DNA of 63,980 nucleotides, the filler included, from Octopus bimaculoides (lineage: Eukaryota), in NCBI RefSeq assembly GCF_001194135.2. It is 11 parts of 10 records of this genome, joined end to end, with 100 filler letters (N's around TTAATTAATTAA, not from the genome) between each part and the next. Parts side by side here need not be neighbours in the genome. Positions count along the whole stretch, not along the records: positions 1 to 17,337 come from NC_068987.1; 10 more parts are not named here. One strand, written 5' to 3'. The position numbers and the translations under genes are program-made. Positions 1 through 12,840 of this stretch are shown here, one piece after another. Every line of letters begins with the position of its first letter. The stretch's first letter is position 1. The notes under the pieces were generated by a model. It saw only the letters and a program-made list of their open reading frames with translations, did not search any database and was not told where the DNA came from.

Positions 1-480
1 AAAAGACGAAGACAGGTGGTGTAGACAACAAACAGACGTATTAGTTTAACGCTCGGGAAGTGAAAATATCTAACGTTTCGAGCCTACGCTCTTCCACATA
101 AAGGAACACAGAAAAAAACAAGGAGAGAAAATAAAGAATGTGTAGTGGCTAGTGATCTATCATGGCGAATGCCGGACAGAGGGATCACACAGTAGAAGTA
201 GGAAGTAGGTGAGCTAGTAAAGTAGTGGTGATCCCAAAACGAAGGTGCGCGTGCGTAGGTATAAGTGAGCATGTATGTGCGTGTGTGCATGTGAAGGTGT
301 GTGGATGATGACGTGGTGCTAGGAAGTGGCCAGTGCTTATTGTGTGCGTGGTGGTGTGATGTGATGTGGTTTTGTGTGGCATGGTGTTGTATGGTGTTGG
401 GATGTGGGGGAGGCGAGAATGGGGAAAGCAAGGGTGGAGTGTGGGTTAGACTGAGGGTGGGGTATGTGGTTATATATATA
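1..480 (-). mobile_element. Penelope-like element 3' region / pseudo-LTR fragment
   Basis: Positions 225-300 match 45860-45930 (GTGAT-CCAAAACGAAGGTGC-GTGCGTAGGT), which lies downstream of a GIY-YIG ORF remnant. Positions 1-120 match 43840-43930. Ends in a hammerhead-like GAGC-GTAG-GCTC-GAAACGT motif. Confidence 0.7.
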
Positions 481-888
481 TATTATCACGAAGCATAAGA
501 ATACACAAAGCATGAAACTGTTTAGAAATAGGAGTTAAATGGGAGAAAAGAATAGCAACCGATGTAAATTAAAAGCACTCCTTTAATTCTTTATCCGTTT
601 CCCTCGCTTACTTTTATTTTCTTTTATTTTGGTGCTCTTTGCTCGTTGGATTGGAACTTTAACTCCTATCTCCAAACAGGTTGATGCTTTGTGCATCCTT
701 AAGCTTCGTGCTAATTTTTTTAATTTTATATCTATATAATGCTATTAAACCTGGAACCGCCTATATTACTGTTGTTATTATTATCAATTACAAATATTCA
801 CCACAGATAATATTAANNNNNNNNNNGTATTTGAGTATATTTAAGAATTTAAGGAATGGAGAAAACGCATGTTATAATTGCATACTTT

Positions 889-974
889 ATTCCTACATAT
901 GTTTCAAAGGATTACAACCTGTGTGATCCATAGGGATCTTTGATATTAAAATTGTAACCTTCTCATCAGGGAGT
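889..974 (-). ncRNA. Type I hammerhead ribozyme motif with long stem II
   Basis: Minus strand: ACTCC-CTGATGA-GAAGGTTACAA...TTGTAATCCTTT-GAAA-CATATG-TA-GGAAT. Core CUGAUGA at 969-963, GAAA at 905-902, palindromic stem III ACATATGT, cleavage triplet GUA (cut between 894 and 893). Confidence 0.65.
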
Positions 975-1223
975 GTGTGTGTGTGTGTGTTTCGGTGCGA
1001 ATGATTTTGTTATACGGTGCTGAGTTTTAAAATCCTGTAAATAATAATAATGGTATTTATATTTATATGATAATGGTATTTATACAAGCTTAAAGCTGAT
1101 AGATGATAGCGACCGTGCAATGACTATGGAAAATAGTCTAATAATGGGGTATATAATCACGACAGAAAAAAGTAGGCTTTCCCAGTTTTCAGGTTTGAGC
1201 TTCCTGCACAGAATGGGGTTTCC

Positions 1224-1546
1224 TCAGACGAAAATATTATTCATTATGCAGCATCGTACATATTGTGTGTCTTGACGTATTGACATTTGCGGGTTGCGAT
1301 TAAGTATTTCCTGCACTGTTGCCATGTTTTTGCTGATCGGGATGTGGTTGGAGAGCCACTTCTTGCATCGTTCACAGAGTCTGCGATCATCAGCTTTGGA
1401 TGACAACATTTTATTGTCTCCGGATGTAATTTTGAATGCTTACCTTTCAATGCACGCCACCATCTCTGAACTAAAACAATGGGATTCCACACTTCATAGC
1501 GTGCTGCTATCTTAGCTCGCCCCTGAACAGTCAAGCTGCCAGCCAT
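1224..1546 (-). mobile_element. Tc1/mariner-superfamily transposase N-terminal (HTH, DUF4817-like) remnant, frameshifted
   Basis: ORFs 1244-1546 and 1224-1409 read KIAARYEVWNPIVLVQRWWR...SVNDARSGSPTTSRS / NMATVQEILNRNPQMSIRQ. This is the typical transposase HTH plus RSGRP-like motif. Confidence 0.7.
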
Positions 1547-2170
1547 CTGGAAAACAAAAAAATGAGAAATAAGACAATAAGAAAATAAGAAATCCCCATT
1601 CGTGTTGTTTGCTTAAAAAATGTTTTTGTCATGACTTCAGTGATACTAATAAGTGAACTTTGCTTTTGTTTTTTTTTGTTTTTTTTTGTCAACACTTATC
1701 AGAATGCTAAAACGATCGTGATTACCAAAATTGCTACCAGTAACNNNNNNNNNNNNNNNNNNNNNNNNNNNNNNNNNNNNNNNNNNNNNNNNNNNNNNNN
1801 NNNNNNNNNNNNNNNNNNNNNNNNNNNNNNNNNNNNNNNNNNNNNNNNNNNNNNNNNNNNNNNNNNNNNNNNNNNNNNNNNNNNNNNNNNNNNNNNNNNN
1901 NNNNNNNNNNNNNNNNNNNNNNNNNNNNNNNNNNNNNNNNNNNNNNNNNNNNNNNNNNNNNNNNNNNNNNNNNNNNNNNNNNNNNNNNNNNNNNNNNNNN
2001 NNNNNNNNNNNNNNNNNNNNNNNNNNNNNNNNNNNNNNNNNNNNNNNNNNNNNNNNNNNNNNNNNNNNNNNNNNNNNNNNNNNNNNNNNNNNNNNNNNNN
2101 NNNNNNNNNNNNNNNNNNNNNNNNNNNNNNNNNNNNNNNNNNNNNNNNNNNNNNNNNNNNNNNNNNNNNN

Positions 2171-2214
<44 letters not shown>

Positions 2215-3762
2215 GCTTGCACACACACACACACATATAATTATACGTACACGCATACAGACAACGACACGAACTTCCGAATAAATATCCATACTCAAAG
2301 ACTGCCGTTTACTTCATATGCTTACTGGCTGCTACGCAGATGCCGTGCTATGAAGCTGCAGCCACAAAGTTTCTCGGGTATGTATCCACGTCAGAATATA
2401 TATTGTTGTCTTTGTTGATGAGTCTTGTTAGATGTATGACTAATTATTGTAAGACAGAAAGGGTATAAGAGTTTGGAATGTGGAATGGCTACCCATCCAG
2501 GTTTGGTTGCAAGATGATGCTAATCAAGTGAGTGTGCGTTTTACGATTGGAATAAAATATGATTATCCACATGCGGACTTTTAGACGTTAGAGCTAGTTT
2601 CATACAATTTTATGAGTGAGTATCTATGAACCGGATATTGAGCTAATTATGCAAGCATGCTAATCTCTATTCTTCGATAAAATGCCTATGTAGTTTAAGA
2701 AATGAGCTGATTTATTTGACTTCTAGTTGTGCTCCTATACAGTATGAGCTTATGCGATCTGATTGGACTATATATAAATACACATATATTCCATCTTCAA
2801 AACATAGGGTTTTACCGAGACGATGGACTATTCACATAAATCATAGTTCATATTCACACACTAGATAATTGTAGAAAAATTCTCGGAACGTATGTTTAAC
2901 TGCATGTGCTTAAATAAAATACGGTAACTATAAATTTGGGTTAAATGACTTCTTTAGAGAAACATCTAGTTGAAGAATGCGGTACTTGCAAGACCTTGCA
3001 CAAATCTGATGAAAAAACCTATAAATATAAACACAATGCTATAACTTTATCCCAGTATTGTGTTAAAAAACTTCGTAACTAATATATGGAAAAGAAATTC
3101 TAGTTTTTCCTCTCATAAAGATATTTCAATTGGGCGTCCCCTTACTAAAAGAGGGCCGTAGCAGATAACGGCTTGTTTTGATGTTTACCAAGCCGATATT
3201 TATTGTTTATTTATTTGTTGACTTAGAGATAGTTTGTGATGTGACGTGAATGCCATTAATCGCTTTGCTACAATCTTCAGTACTACCATTCAGAATTCGA
3301 GCATTCATCTTCGACAAAAAAGAAAAAAAAAGAGAAGAAATATTCGGAGTTGGATAGCGACTCTTACGCGAACACATCAATTGATGTAATTACACAAGGC
3401 TATTTGGTTTCTTTTTGTGGAGGGTTTATATCGGTACCAGCATTTGACAGATACTTTGTTTAATCGACACCTAACAGTTCAAAGACTGAGTTGCTCTCGG
3501 TGCGATTTCAAACGGAAGCGTAAAGACTCAAAACAAATATGCAAAGCATTTTTACCGAAGCGGTGTTAATTCAGAATATATATATATATATATATATATA
3601 CAGACACACGCAGACACACATGCACTCCTATACACACGCATATATATATGTATATATATATAGATATGCAGGGCAGGGAATCGCCAATTAGTAATAAAAA
3701 TAATAATTGACAATTTTGCCGGGTAGCTCAGTATGAAAAAACCTTTTCGGTAAAAATTTATA

Positions 3763-3851
3763 ATCATAAATATATAGGGATTGACAGTAACCTGCTATTT
3801 CTGAATTCTCAGTATGTTGGAGAAGCAGGTTACTGTCAATCCCTATATATT

Positions 3852-3857
<6 letters not shown>
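3763..3857. repeat. Perfect 34-bp inverted repeat with 27-nt spacer (hairpin / mini-MITE)
   Basis: 3763-3796 (ATCATAAATATATAGGGATTGACAGTAACCTGCT) is the exact reverse complement of 3824-3857. Confidence 0.95.

Positions 3858-3920
<63 letters not shown>
3857..3920. repeat. (TA)n microsatellite
   Basis: Directly visible. Confidence 0.95.
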
Positions 3921-3924
<4 letters not shown>

Positions 3925-4129
3925 TACACAAATGCATGCATACATGCTTACATACATACATATGTATGTATATCCATTTGGTGTTGACTGCCGGAAAAAA
4001 AAGAGTATTCAGTAACATAGGAGATATTTATAATGTATTTCATTTTGGACGATTAAGTCTATTCCTACTCTTAGTCTGGCCTCTGCATATATATGTGAAA
4101 ATCAGAAAGTAGCGTGAGTAATTTTTTAG

Positions 4130-4706
4130 TAAAAGGAAGGATAGGAAAAGATGGCTAAACAAAGAGGACAGAACAGGACTGCTAGAGCTATATCAAGAGA
4201 CCGATAGAGAAAAGGTACAGAGAAAAATTTGAAGACAGCGAAAAGGAAACAGAGAGAGATGTTGAAAGAAGCAAATACAGAGAGTGAAAATGAAGCGATT
4301 TAGAGAAGCAGGTAGAAAATTATAGAGAACTTACAGAGAAAACGATGTATACAGAGATATGGAATGATCGAGAGAGTGGGGTGGAAGAGATAGGAATCAG
4401 AGAGAGTGAGAGTTAGAATGTGATGGAGGGAGAGATATAAGGAAGGTCAGAGGCAACGACAAATTGTAAAAGTGAGAAAGAGCGAGATAGAGAGGGGGAA
4501 TAACAAAAGAGAGAGATAGAGACAATGACACAGAGGGTGAGAGAGAGATGGACAGATAAAGATAGAGAAAGTGAGGGGGCGTTGGGGGAGAGAAAATGAC
4601 AGAGATTGAGACAGAGAAAATCTATGAGACATGGATTAAAGACAGACATTGTTAGAAAAACAGATCGGTTAAAGACAGAGAAATGAAGAGAGAAAGAGAA
4701 AGAGAG

Positions 4707-4797
<91 letters not shown>
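4130..4797. repeat. GA-rich low-complexity tract followed by long (TG)n microsatellite (about 4712-4797)
   Basis: Directly visible. Confidence 0.9.
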
Positions 4798-4799
<2 letters not shown>

Positions 4800-5419
4800 G
4801 TGGAGAAAGATTCAGCCAGTTAGGAAAACACAGGCAGTAAGACAGTGGGGATTGACAGATAGGAGGAAGATAGAGGGAGAAAAAGAGAAAGTGGTACGAA
4901 GAAAGAAACATAAAGGAGAGAGACCTTGACAGAGCGATGGGGGAGAAGAAGAAACTGAGGACGCTTTTGTGTCAAAGCGTAGAAACCGTTCATATTTTAC
5001 ATCACAAACCAAACATCGCTAAGGAAATATAAGCAAAATATTCCAACAAAATATTGATGCACAGAATTAAATGGGAAGTGAGGTGTCATATACATTCGCT
5101 GTTAACCTATTTATAAATTTAATTTGATTATATACAGAAACATAACAAAATTAATTAAAATTTTATGCTACATAATTTAGCATCTGTCACTCTTGTTAAT
5201 GGTTGTCATTGCCTTTGCCAGTGTTGGTTTTCCTGTTGATATTGTGGATGATGCTGTTAATCTTGTTAATGTAATGTCATTGAGGTTGAGGTTTTTGTTA
5301 TTGTTTTTGATATACAGTTTCATGGAATATTGAATTTTAATTTTGAACTTAATTGTTCCTATTTTGTTAATATTTTCCCTCGATGAAATGCAATGTATTT
5401 TTTTTTTCTTAATGTAATG

Positions 5420-5990
5420 TATTTTATTGCAAATGGATAAAACATACAACCTGTTGACAGATTCACCTACCTCGACAGCATACTTTCATCAGCAGGAAAC
5501 ATCGATGAAAAGGTTAACAGTCAGCGCTATCTCAAAAGAAGGATATCAGAACCCATTACTATCATTAGCAGATAGCGGAAAGTCCAGACCAATCAACCTC
5601 ACCGATAAGGTGAATGTCTATCGTGCAACGCTTCTCACAATCCACTTACATAACCTGCTGCGTCTAGACATTTTATAGGATACTGCAAGGATGATTCAGA
5701 GATACTTTTACACAGAGTGTCTTTGCATAGTTCTGCACATTCGTTGGAAGAAAATTATGGACACCGAAGTACTTCAGTAAAAGTGAATATGGGTGTGGCG
5801 TCTCAAGATAGTTCAATCAATTTGAAAACGCCCTGGTAAGATGGTCAGTCTGTATTAGCGGCCGGCAAGATCATCATATTACAAACAACATCCCTAAGTC
5901 GAAATCTCTTAGTAAAAGAGCGATATTGGGAGACAAATAGAGTATTCAAGAAGAACATAAAAGTAATTCCAAAAGACCCTAATCAGCATT
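5420..5990 (+). mobile_element. RTE-clade LINE reverse transcriptase C-terminal remnant
   Basis: By-eye translation across frameshifts gives QPVDRFTYLDSILSSAGNIDEKVNS, TDKVNVYRATLLT and VLHIRWKKIMDTEVLQ, which are characteristic RTE C-terminal motifs. Confidence 0.75.
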
Positions 5991-6959
5991 ATTGATTCCT
6001 GAGAGCTGCTTTTCTAATACCGACAAGTGCCACAATCTGATTCTCACTTCATTCTAATGAGTTGGGAGTAAATGACTCTACATTGAGTCTTGATAGAAGA
6101 ATATATTGTAAAACAGTAGATTTTTCAAATATTAACTCCATATTAGAGCTTATAGAGTAGATCTATGATCAAATTATCCAATGTCTGATTTCCTTTCAAG
6201 ATATCAATACATGATCTGAGGAAGGAAGATTAAGCTTCTACTTCCTCCTGAGGGTGGGCTCCATATGGACTGGAATGAATGGCAAACAGTACAGCTCAGT
6301 GCAGTAATCTACATTACTTTATTTTCATTTGCGAACAGTGTAGTACCAATGTGTAAAAAGTATGAGAATGTGTATTTTTATTTCTAACATTTCCATGTTA
6401 TAAATTTTCTCAATAATTTTACTTGGAGGTTAGTTTGTGTAGAAAAAATATATAATAAAGTGAACTTTGTTATATTGCCATTGTAATAGCTGTTACTTCC
6501 GTTTCTGTTTCAACTACTGCTGCTACTTCTATTGTAGCATTCGTCTGTATCCCAATTATAAAAGCATTCTGAGGGACACTAAAACTATTATATTCATTTT
6601 CAGCAAGAATATTTTTCTCCTCAAATTTTTCCAGAATTGCTTGTCAAAATTGATTATAATTGCATTGGCTGGTGTCGTTTATGACACTGAAGCACATATT
6701 TTGGAAACAAGCATAATTTCTAGATGAATCAATATGTCTTAAGATTTTTCCAATAATGATGATAATGATAATAATATTAATAACGAAAATCATTTCTTTA
6801 TTTTACCACTAGAGAGAAATTACGAAGACGTTGGAAGTATACAAAGAAAACTGTCGGTGAAAAAGAGGCAGACATGATAAACAATGATATAGGGTGTAAT
6901 GAAAAGTTCCAGTAAGAAAACAGTTACCTTGTATTACTGCTAGACAGTGGATTTCTCAA

Positions 6960-7400
6960 TTTGTTTCATAATTCTGATTTAAACGTTCCCGTAGAAGGTA
7001 TTACTCCAGTCGAACTTCATCGATATCTGAGTCTCAACAAGAAAATCATAATTCTTCTAAATACTAACGGCTTCATCATAATTTTGCACCGGTGGTTTGG
7101 CCGAATACCATTACCAATGTATGCCAACTTGCTTAGCTAAGTCTTGGCAGGTGTGCACTGCATTCAGCACCAAAAACTTCAAGGAAAGTTAGCGATGGCC
7201 CATAACTATTTGGATTGCAGAATTTCACACAATTTATTAGACTTTGGTTCTGTGAAATGAGAGCACACTCTTCTACGATCTTAGGAAGATCTATTCGCTA
7301 CAACCACATCTATTCGTCACACACAAAAGAGTATGAATATCAGAACCTCACAAAAAGTCAAGTTTGATAAACTGAAGATTTTGTGAGCTATCAACAATTA
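6960..7400 (+). mobile_element. Highly decayed mariner-type transposase remnant
   Basis: VEGITPVELHRYL resembles the mariner N-terminal EG..P.EIHR.L motif. Weak RKVS..W and KRQSM..PKK-like segments follow. Confidence 0.35.
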
Positions 7401-8414
7401 TTACTTCGCGGCTACAAATCAGTGTTTTTTAAATCCATATCCGACTAAGGAAGTCCTGCGCAGAATAATATAAATAAAATTACCACGAGTAGTAAATGAC
7501 CAGGAGTAAATTTATAATGTTCTAATAATAATATGTGATGTTTTGTTGATGAAACCTAGTCATGAAAATCTCAAAACCGACCGACATTTAATGTGTAAGT
7601 GAAGGAGACCATAATTTGAAAACTTTCTCCAAACTTTGTCTTAGGCACTGGTTTGACTGTGCTATTAAATAGCTCGCTTCACAGCCTAGTTATTTTGGCC
7701 TTGGTTTCAATGCATGGCATTTTAAACAGGCACGTCTGCTATTATACCATAGNNNNNNNNNNNNNNNNNNNNNNNNNNNNNNNNNNNNNNNNNNNNNNNN
7801 NNNNNNNNNNNNNNNNNNNNNNNNNNNNNNNNNNNNNNNNNNNNNNNNNNNNNNNNNNNNNNNNNNNNNNNNNNNNNNNNNNNNNNNNNNNNNNNNNNNN
7901 NNNNNNNNNNNNNNNNNNNNNNNNNNNNNNNNNNNNNNNNNNNNNNNNNNNNNNNNNNNNNNNNNNNNNNNNNNNNNNNNNNNNNNNNNNNNNNNNNNNN
8001 NNNNNNNNNNNNNNNNNNNNNNNNNNNNNNNNNNNNNNNNNNNNNNNNNNNNNNNNNNNNNNNNNNNNNNNNNNNNNNNNNNNNNNNNNNNNNNNNNNNN
8101 NNNNNNNNNNNNNNNNNNNNNNNNNNNNNNNNNNNNNNNNNNNNNNNNNNNNNNNNNNNNNNNNNNNNNNNNNNNNNNNNNNNNNNNNNNNNNNNNNNNN
8201 NNNNNNNNNNNNNNNNNNNNNNNNNNNNNNNNNNNNNNNNNNNNNNNNNNNNNNNNNNNNNNNNNNNNNNNNNNNNNNNNNNNNNNNNNNNNNNNNNNNN
8301 NNNNNNNNNNNNNNNNNNNNNNNNNNNNNNNNNNNNNNNNNNNNNNNNNNNNNNNNNNNNNNNNNNNNNNNNNNNNNNNNNNNNNNNNNNNNNNNNNNNN
8401 NNNNNNNNNNNNNN

Positions 8415-8596
8415 TAAGGGTGGATGTTACTGTTGCTTTTAGCCCCAGGAGGACATCTCCTCCAGTTGGCTATCGACACACATCTGTGTCCTGTCTGTAT
8501 TTGCCAAGGGAAGTTATCTTTCCCATCTTGATCTACGATAGCCAGCTGGAGGAGATGTCCTCCTGGGGCTAAAAGCAACAGTAGCATCCACCCTTA
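8415..8596. mobile_element. MITE / foldback element with ~60-bp terminal inverted repeats
   Basis: 8415-8474 and 8537-8596 are reverse complements with 2 mismatches. The left end abuts an N gap. Confidence 0.85.
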
Positions 8597-9449
8597 GGGG
8601 TCAGCCACATTTAAGTGGCAAATATACTTCACTTTATCGTGCAGTTACTGTTAATACCTCGTTCAGAGATTTAACATTGCTTATATATATATATATATTC
8701 TCCTTATATTTGAATGTTTGTTGTGCTGCATCTAAGACTGTCTTTCCTTTCTTTGCCTCTCATTCAACTTTTTCTTTTCTCCACCCCTTCCTCACAAACT
8801 CTCTCTCTTCCCCCCTCTCTCTCTGTCTCTCTGTGCCCGTCTTTCTCTCTTAACCTCTCTCATGCTTCTCCGTTTCTTCAGTCATTCTGCCCTCCTCAAC
8901 TCTCCTTCTCTCCTCCCACTACCACGTCACCGGTGTCGACCTAAGACTGTGCCGTTCTTTTTCATCATTGTTTTGACCAGCTCGGTCACGTTTGTCTAAG
9001 CTTCTCGCTCTGTCTCTCTCGAGTCTACTGGTCGTTAGATCATCTTCCATTTCGAATCCTCTTTTGCATTACCCAAATCCTCCGGTTTGACGGCCGTAAG
9101 AACTTTTTTGTTATATGATTATTTTTCAGGTGTATACGCGCCATTGTTATATTATTTTAGTTTTTCTTGTTTGTTATTGTCCTTGTCTTATACGTTCGTT
9201 AGCTATTCCCAGTAGCTTTCTGTTTTAGCACTGTTGTGACGGAGTGGTATCAATGTTAACAGTACGAAACCACTATGATCACTTGAACATTGACTGATAA
9301 GGAATCAGCTGCGAATTTTCCGTGTACTATGGTTTTGTTAAATTTTCCATTTGTTATGTTTTTGTTAAATTTTCCACTTGTTGTGCTCTTTTTATTTAAT
9401 CCTTGAAATTTTTATTCACTCAAATGTCTTGCTCGCGCACAAACAGCGA

Positions 9450-9618
9450 GCTTTAATACTCTTTTCTACTCTAGGCAAAAAGTACATAATTTATTAACAC
9501 CGAAAGGATGAAAGGCAACGTCGACCTCGGCGGAATTTGAACTCAGAACGTACAGACAGACGAAATACCGCTAAGCATTTTGCCCGGCGTGCTAACGTTT
9601 CTGCCAGCTCGCAGCCTT
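9450..9618 (-). mobile_element. tRNA-derived SINE, family A (AAGGC..GAGCTGGCAGAA head)
   Basis: Minus strand head AAGGCTGCGAGCTGGCAGAAACGTTAGC...GAGTTCAAATTCC (B-box-like). Homologous to 32141-32335, 32341-32497 and 52418-52558. Confidence 0.85.
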
Positions 9619-9791
9619 AGCATTCTTTTTTATATATATATATATANNNNNNNNNNNNNNNNNNNNNNNNNNNNNNNNNNNNNNNNNNNNNNNNNNNNNN
9701 NNNNNNNNNNNNNNNNNNNNNNNNNNNNNNNNNNNNNNNNNNNNNNNNNNNNNNNNNNNNNNNNNNNNNNNNNNNNNNNATGTGTGTATGT

Positions 9792-9822
<31 letters not shown>

Positions 9823-12800
9823 CTTATAACAGATCCTCCGTTTAACAATGTCTATTGAGTTAGTTATTCGGACAGGCGAAAGATTACTCTTCACATATAA
9901 TTCTGAAGAGGCTGAGTATTTCACAGACACAGGTTTCCTTATTATTATCCCCACGGAGAATCAGTGTGAGAAATAATGTTACATAAGAGGACCTTTAAAT
10001 TAATATCAGTCGGGCAGGCTACCAAACATTTTCTGTATATCGATTGCACACGCTTTGGATCAATTCGAGGTTGTCTTAAAATACATTTTCCCCAAGATGT
10101 TACGTGGTCTGACCGAAAGAAGAACGTCATGATTAAGATCAAGTGAAATTCTTAACCATTTGTCTGTGTGTGTTGTCCGACCTCACTCCAATCTGTGCTT
10201 ACGTTGACATTTCTTGAAAGCCAGTACTTTGTGTTTATATTCCGCAGTTATGTGGTTCAACAAAGAAACAGGTAGCAGACTTAAACATAACTACTCGGAG
10301 CGATTTGATCGACTACAACTTATTCAAAGTTGTATCCTTGTAGCCACAGTCAATGGATCGAAAGGAATAAAAGAATACAAGAATAACACAGAGATTAAAA
10401 AGAAAGAAAAATTACAAATACACGAAATAATTAAGTGAAAGAAATTGGTTTCAGCAATGAATTAGTCTGGAGCCGCCGATGCAGACTGAAATTTAATTTT
10501 TTAAAGGTCTTGTATATAAAAAAAAACACATTAAAATTTAATCGCCTCGTCTCTTCTGACTGGTCGTGATAGCTTCTACTTCTATTAATAAATTAATTTA
10601 TAACTGTAGCAATATCATTTCTTATTGTAATTAGGCTCATATATCGTACCTTCATTCAATTTCTTTTTTATTTTATTTTCATGTGTATTTGTATTTTACT
10701 GTGGAAGCTTTATTCGTTTCGATATAATTAAATGCAGTTGTCAAAGTTAGGAAGTGATGTGTCAATTAACTGATGGGAAGAAATACTGTTTCGCATAATT
10801 AGGATTCCTACAGCAAATTGCTAAAAGGAAAGGAAAAATGTTCTGTGACAGTTGCAACTAAGTAAAATGCTCAATAATGTTTCAGTTAAAGTTAAAGCTT
10901 AACTACTACTACTACTACTACTACTACTACTGATGCTTCTGTTCTCACAACCAACATCATCATCGTTATGGAAAGAACACAGTTGTGGGATTTGTTTTTT
11001 CAGTAGCTTAGTAAAAATGTTAGGTGATCGCTACCTATATGCACATCGCAACTATTGAACGGAGTATAAAATATATATTCTGCAAATACTCACAACGGCC
11101 ATATTGATTTCTTAGATAGACTCGCTACATTTATGTTCAATAATGTTAAAGACGGTTCTACGAATAAGTTCTTTCCCGAAGGAATTACTAACATACCTGG
11201 CTTCATATGCGAATAAAAACTAGATTGTAATATTAGTTTGTCTGAAAATTAGTTCTGCTCTATGTCACTCACCATCTTAGCATTTATACATTGTTAATGA
11301 AGAATATGTTAAAGACATATGTATCATTGAGTTCCACGTGAGCAATTCACTGGATCATATATTGATTTCTAACGAAATTCGTTTAACCCATTATAATAAT
11401 GTTATTCGAAACCTACGAGTATAGGTGAAGCACATGTCTGATTGGAAATGCTACTGTACCCTATTAGCGCACATATTAACCCCACAATGATAAAAAAGTT
11501 TTCCTTTGTGAAATTAAGATACATACATTTGTGGTACGTATATGAGACGCAATAATTAACTTAACCGATGTCCCTCTAGTGTTTAATGTTACTGTAACAC
11601 ATTTGAGTGCTAGATCGGCACTCTAGAAATGAAGCAATGTTAAAGCAATTACTTGTTTAGTATGTTACTAGAATGCATTTTATTAACTCACTCCAGAAGA
11701 GGGAAAAAGGTCATAGTTCGCAATATTTATATTTAGAATATATGAGACTTGAAAAGCACAATTCACTCGTGTTGCTATAATTCCGGTACACGCGGGAGTT
11801 CGATCAGCACTGTAACCGTTAATACATTTCAAGAAATATAAAAACAAATAGTTGAGTTAATGAAATAATGTTTTATTTCTTCCGAATTAAAAACACCGTC
11901 AATATCGGATTTGTGTTGGAATTTATATTATTGTTCTAGTTGGAGACTTCAGTTACACGCTTCAGTTCATCGTTACGTCATGATTAGTTAGTATTAATAT
12001 TGCTTGCTCTACATGAGCCGCTTATCCGTAGGAGTTCACCACTAACTGCTGTAAAATTTCGAGCAAATCATCGATTTTATGAGTTACTGTTTCGCTTTAG
12101 GAGCAGCATAAAAAACTCATTAAAAATTTCTATTGATTAGGTATACTAGGAATTTTATAGAGAAAATACATAATCAATTGATATGAGACCTGAATTTTAG
12201 TGCTGCTTATCTGAACATACCAATGTTTCAATACAAATCTAACCGTTTCCAGAATTCTGATCAGAAAAAGGATATATTGAAACAGTTACTGTAAGGGAAT
12301 TCGATCTAGCAATATTCATTGTCATATCCTTCGTTTAGAACAATTACTACTCACAGTAAATGAAGGAGCCGGTAGACAATCACTCGTTAGAAGTTGCAGC
12401 CAAATTTGCCTCAAATATCAATCTACCTCTCTCAAAATCAAACTTAATAGTCCTTGATGCATTATTTGTAATCTAACAAACAGGACGGTCATGGTTATAA
12501 TGTCTCTGAACATAGCTCATGTGGCCGAATTGATTTGATGTTAAGCAGTAACAATCATTTTTGTGAGGGTAAGTGGCAGTGAATGATTTCATTCCTTATT
12601 CGGAATTGTATAATCAGTGCATACCCTTCAATGCCATCCTCCTCCACCATTTTAGAGTCGAGTTTCACAATTCTGACTTTTTTCTTCACGTAGATTAAAC
12701 CAGTAACGCGCAATTCAATGTTGCTCTCATCCACAGTGTAAAGAATGTCCGACCCTTTTGATAATCAAATCGCATTTCTAGTGCTCACAGTTTGTAGAAG

Positions 12801-12840
12801 GTGTATTATTATTATTATTATTATTACTATTATTATTATT

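Noticed and set aside
2302-2361. Imperfect hairpin (CTTCATA/TATGAAG arms) as a possible pre-miRNA
   Set aside because: Too many bulges, the longest helix is 7 bp, and I do not recognise a mature sequence.
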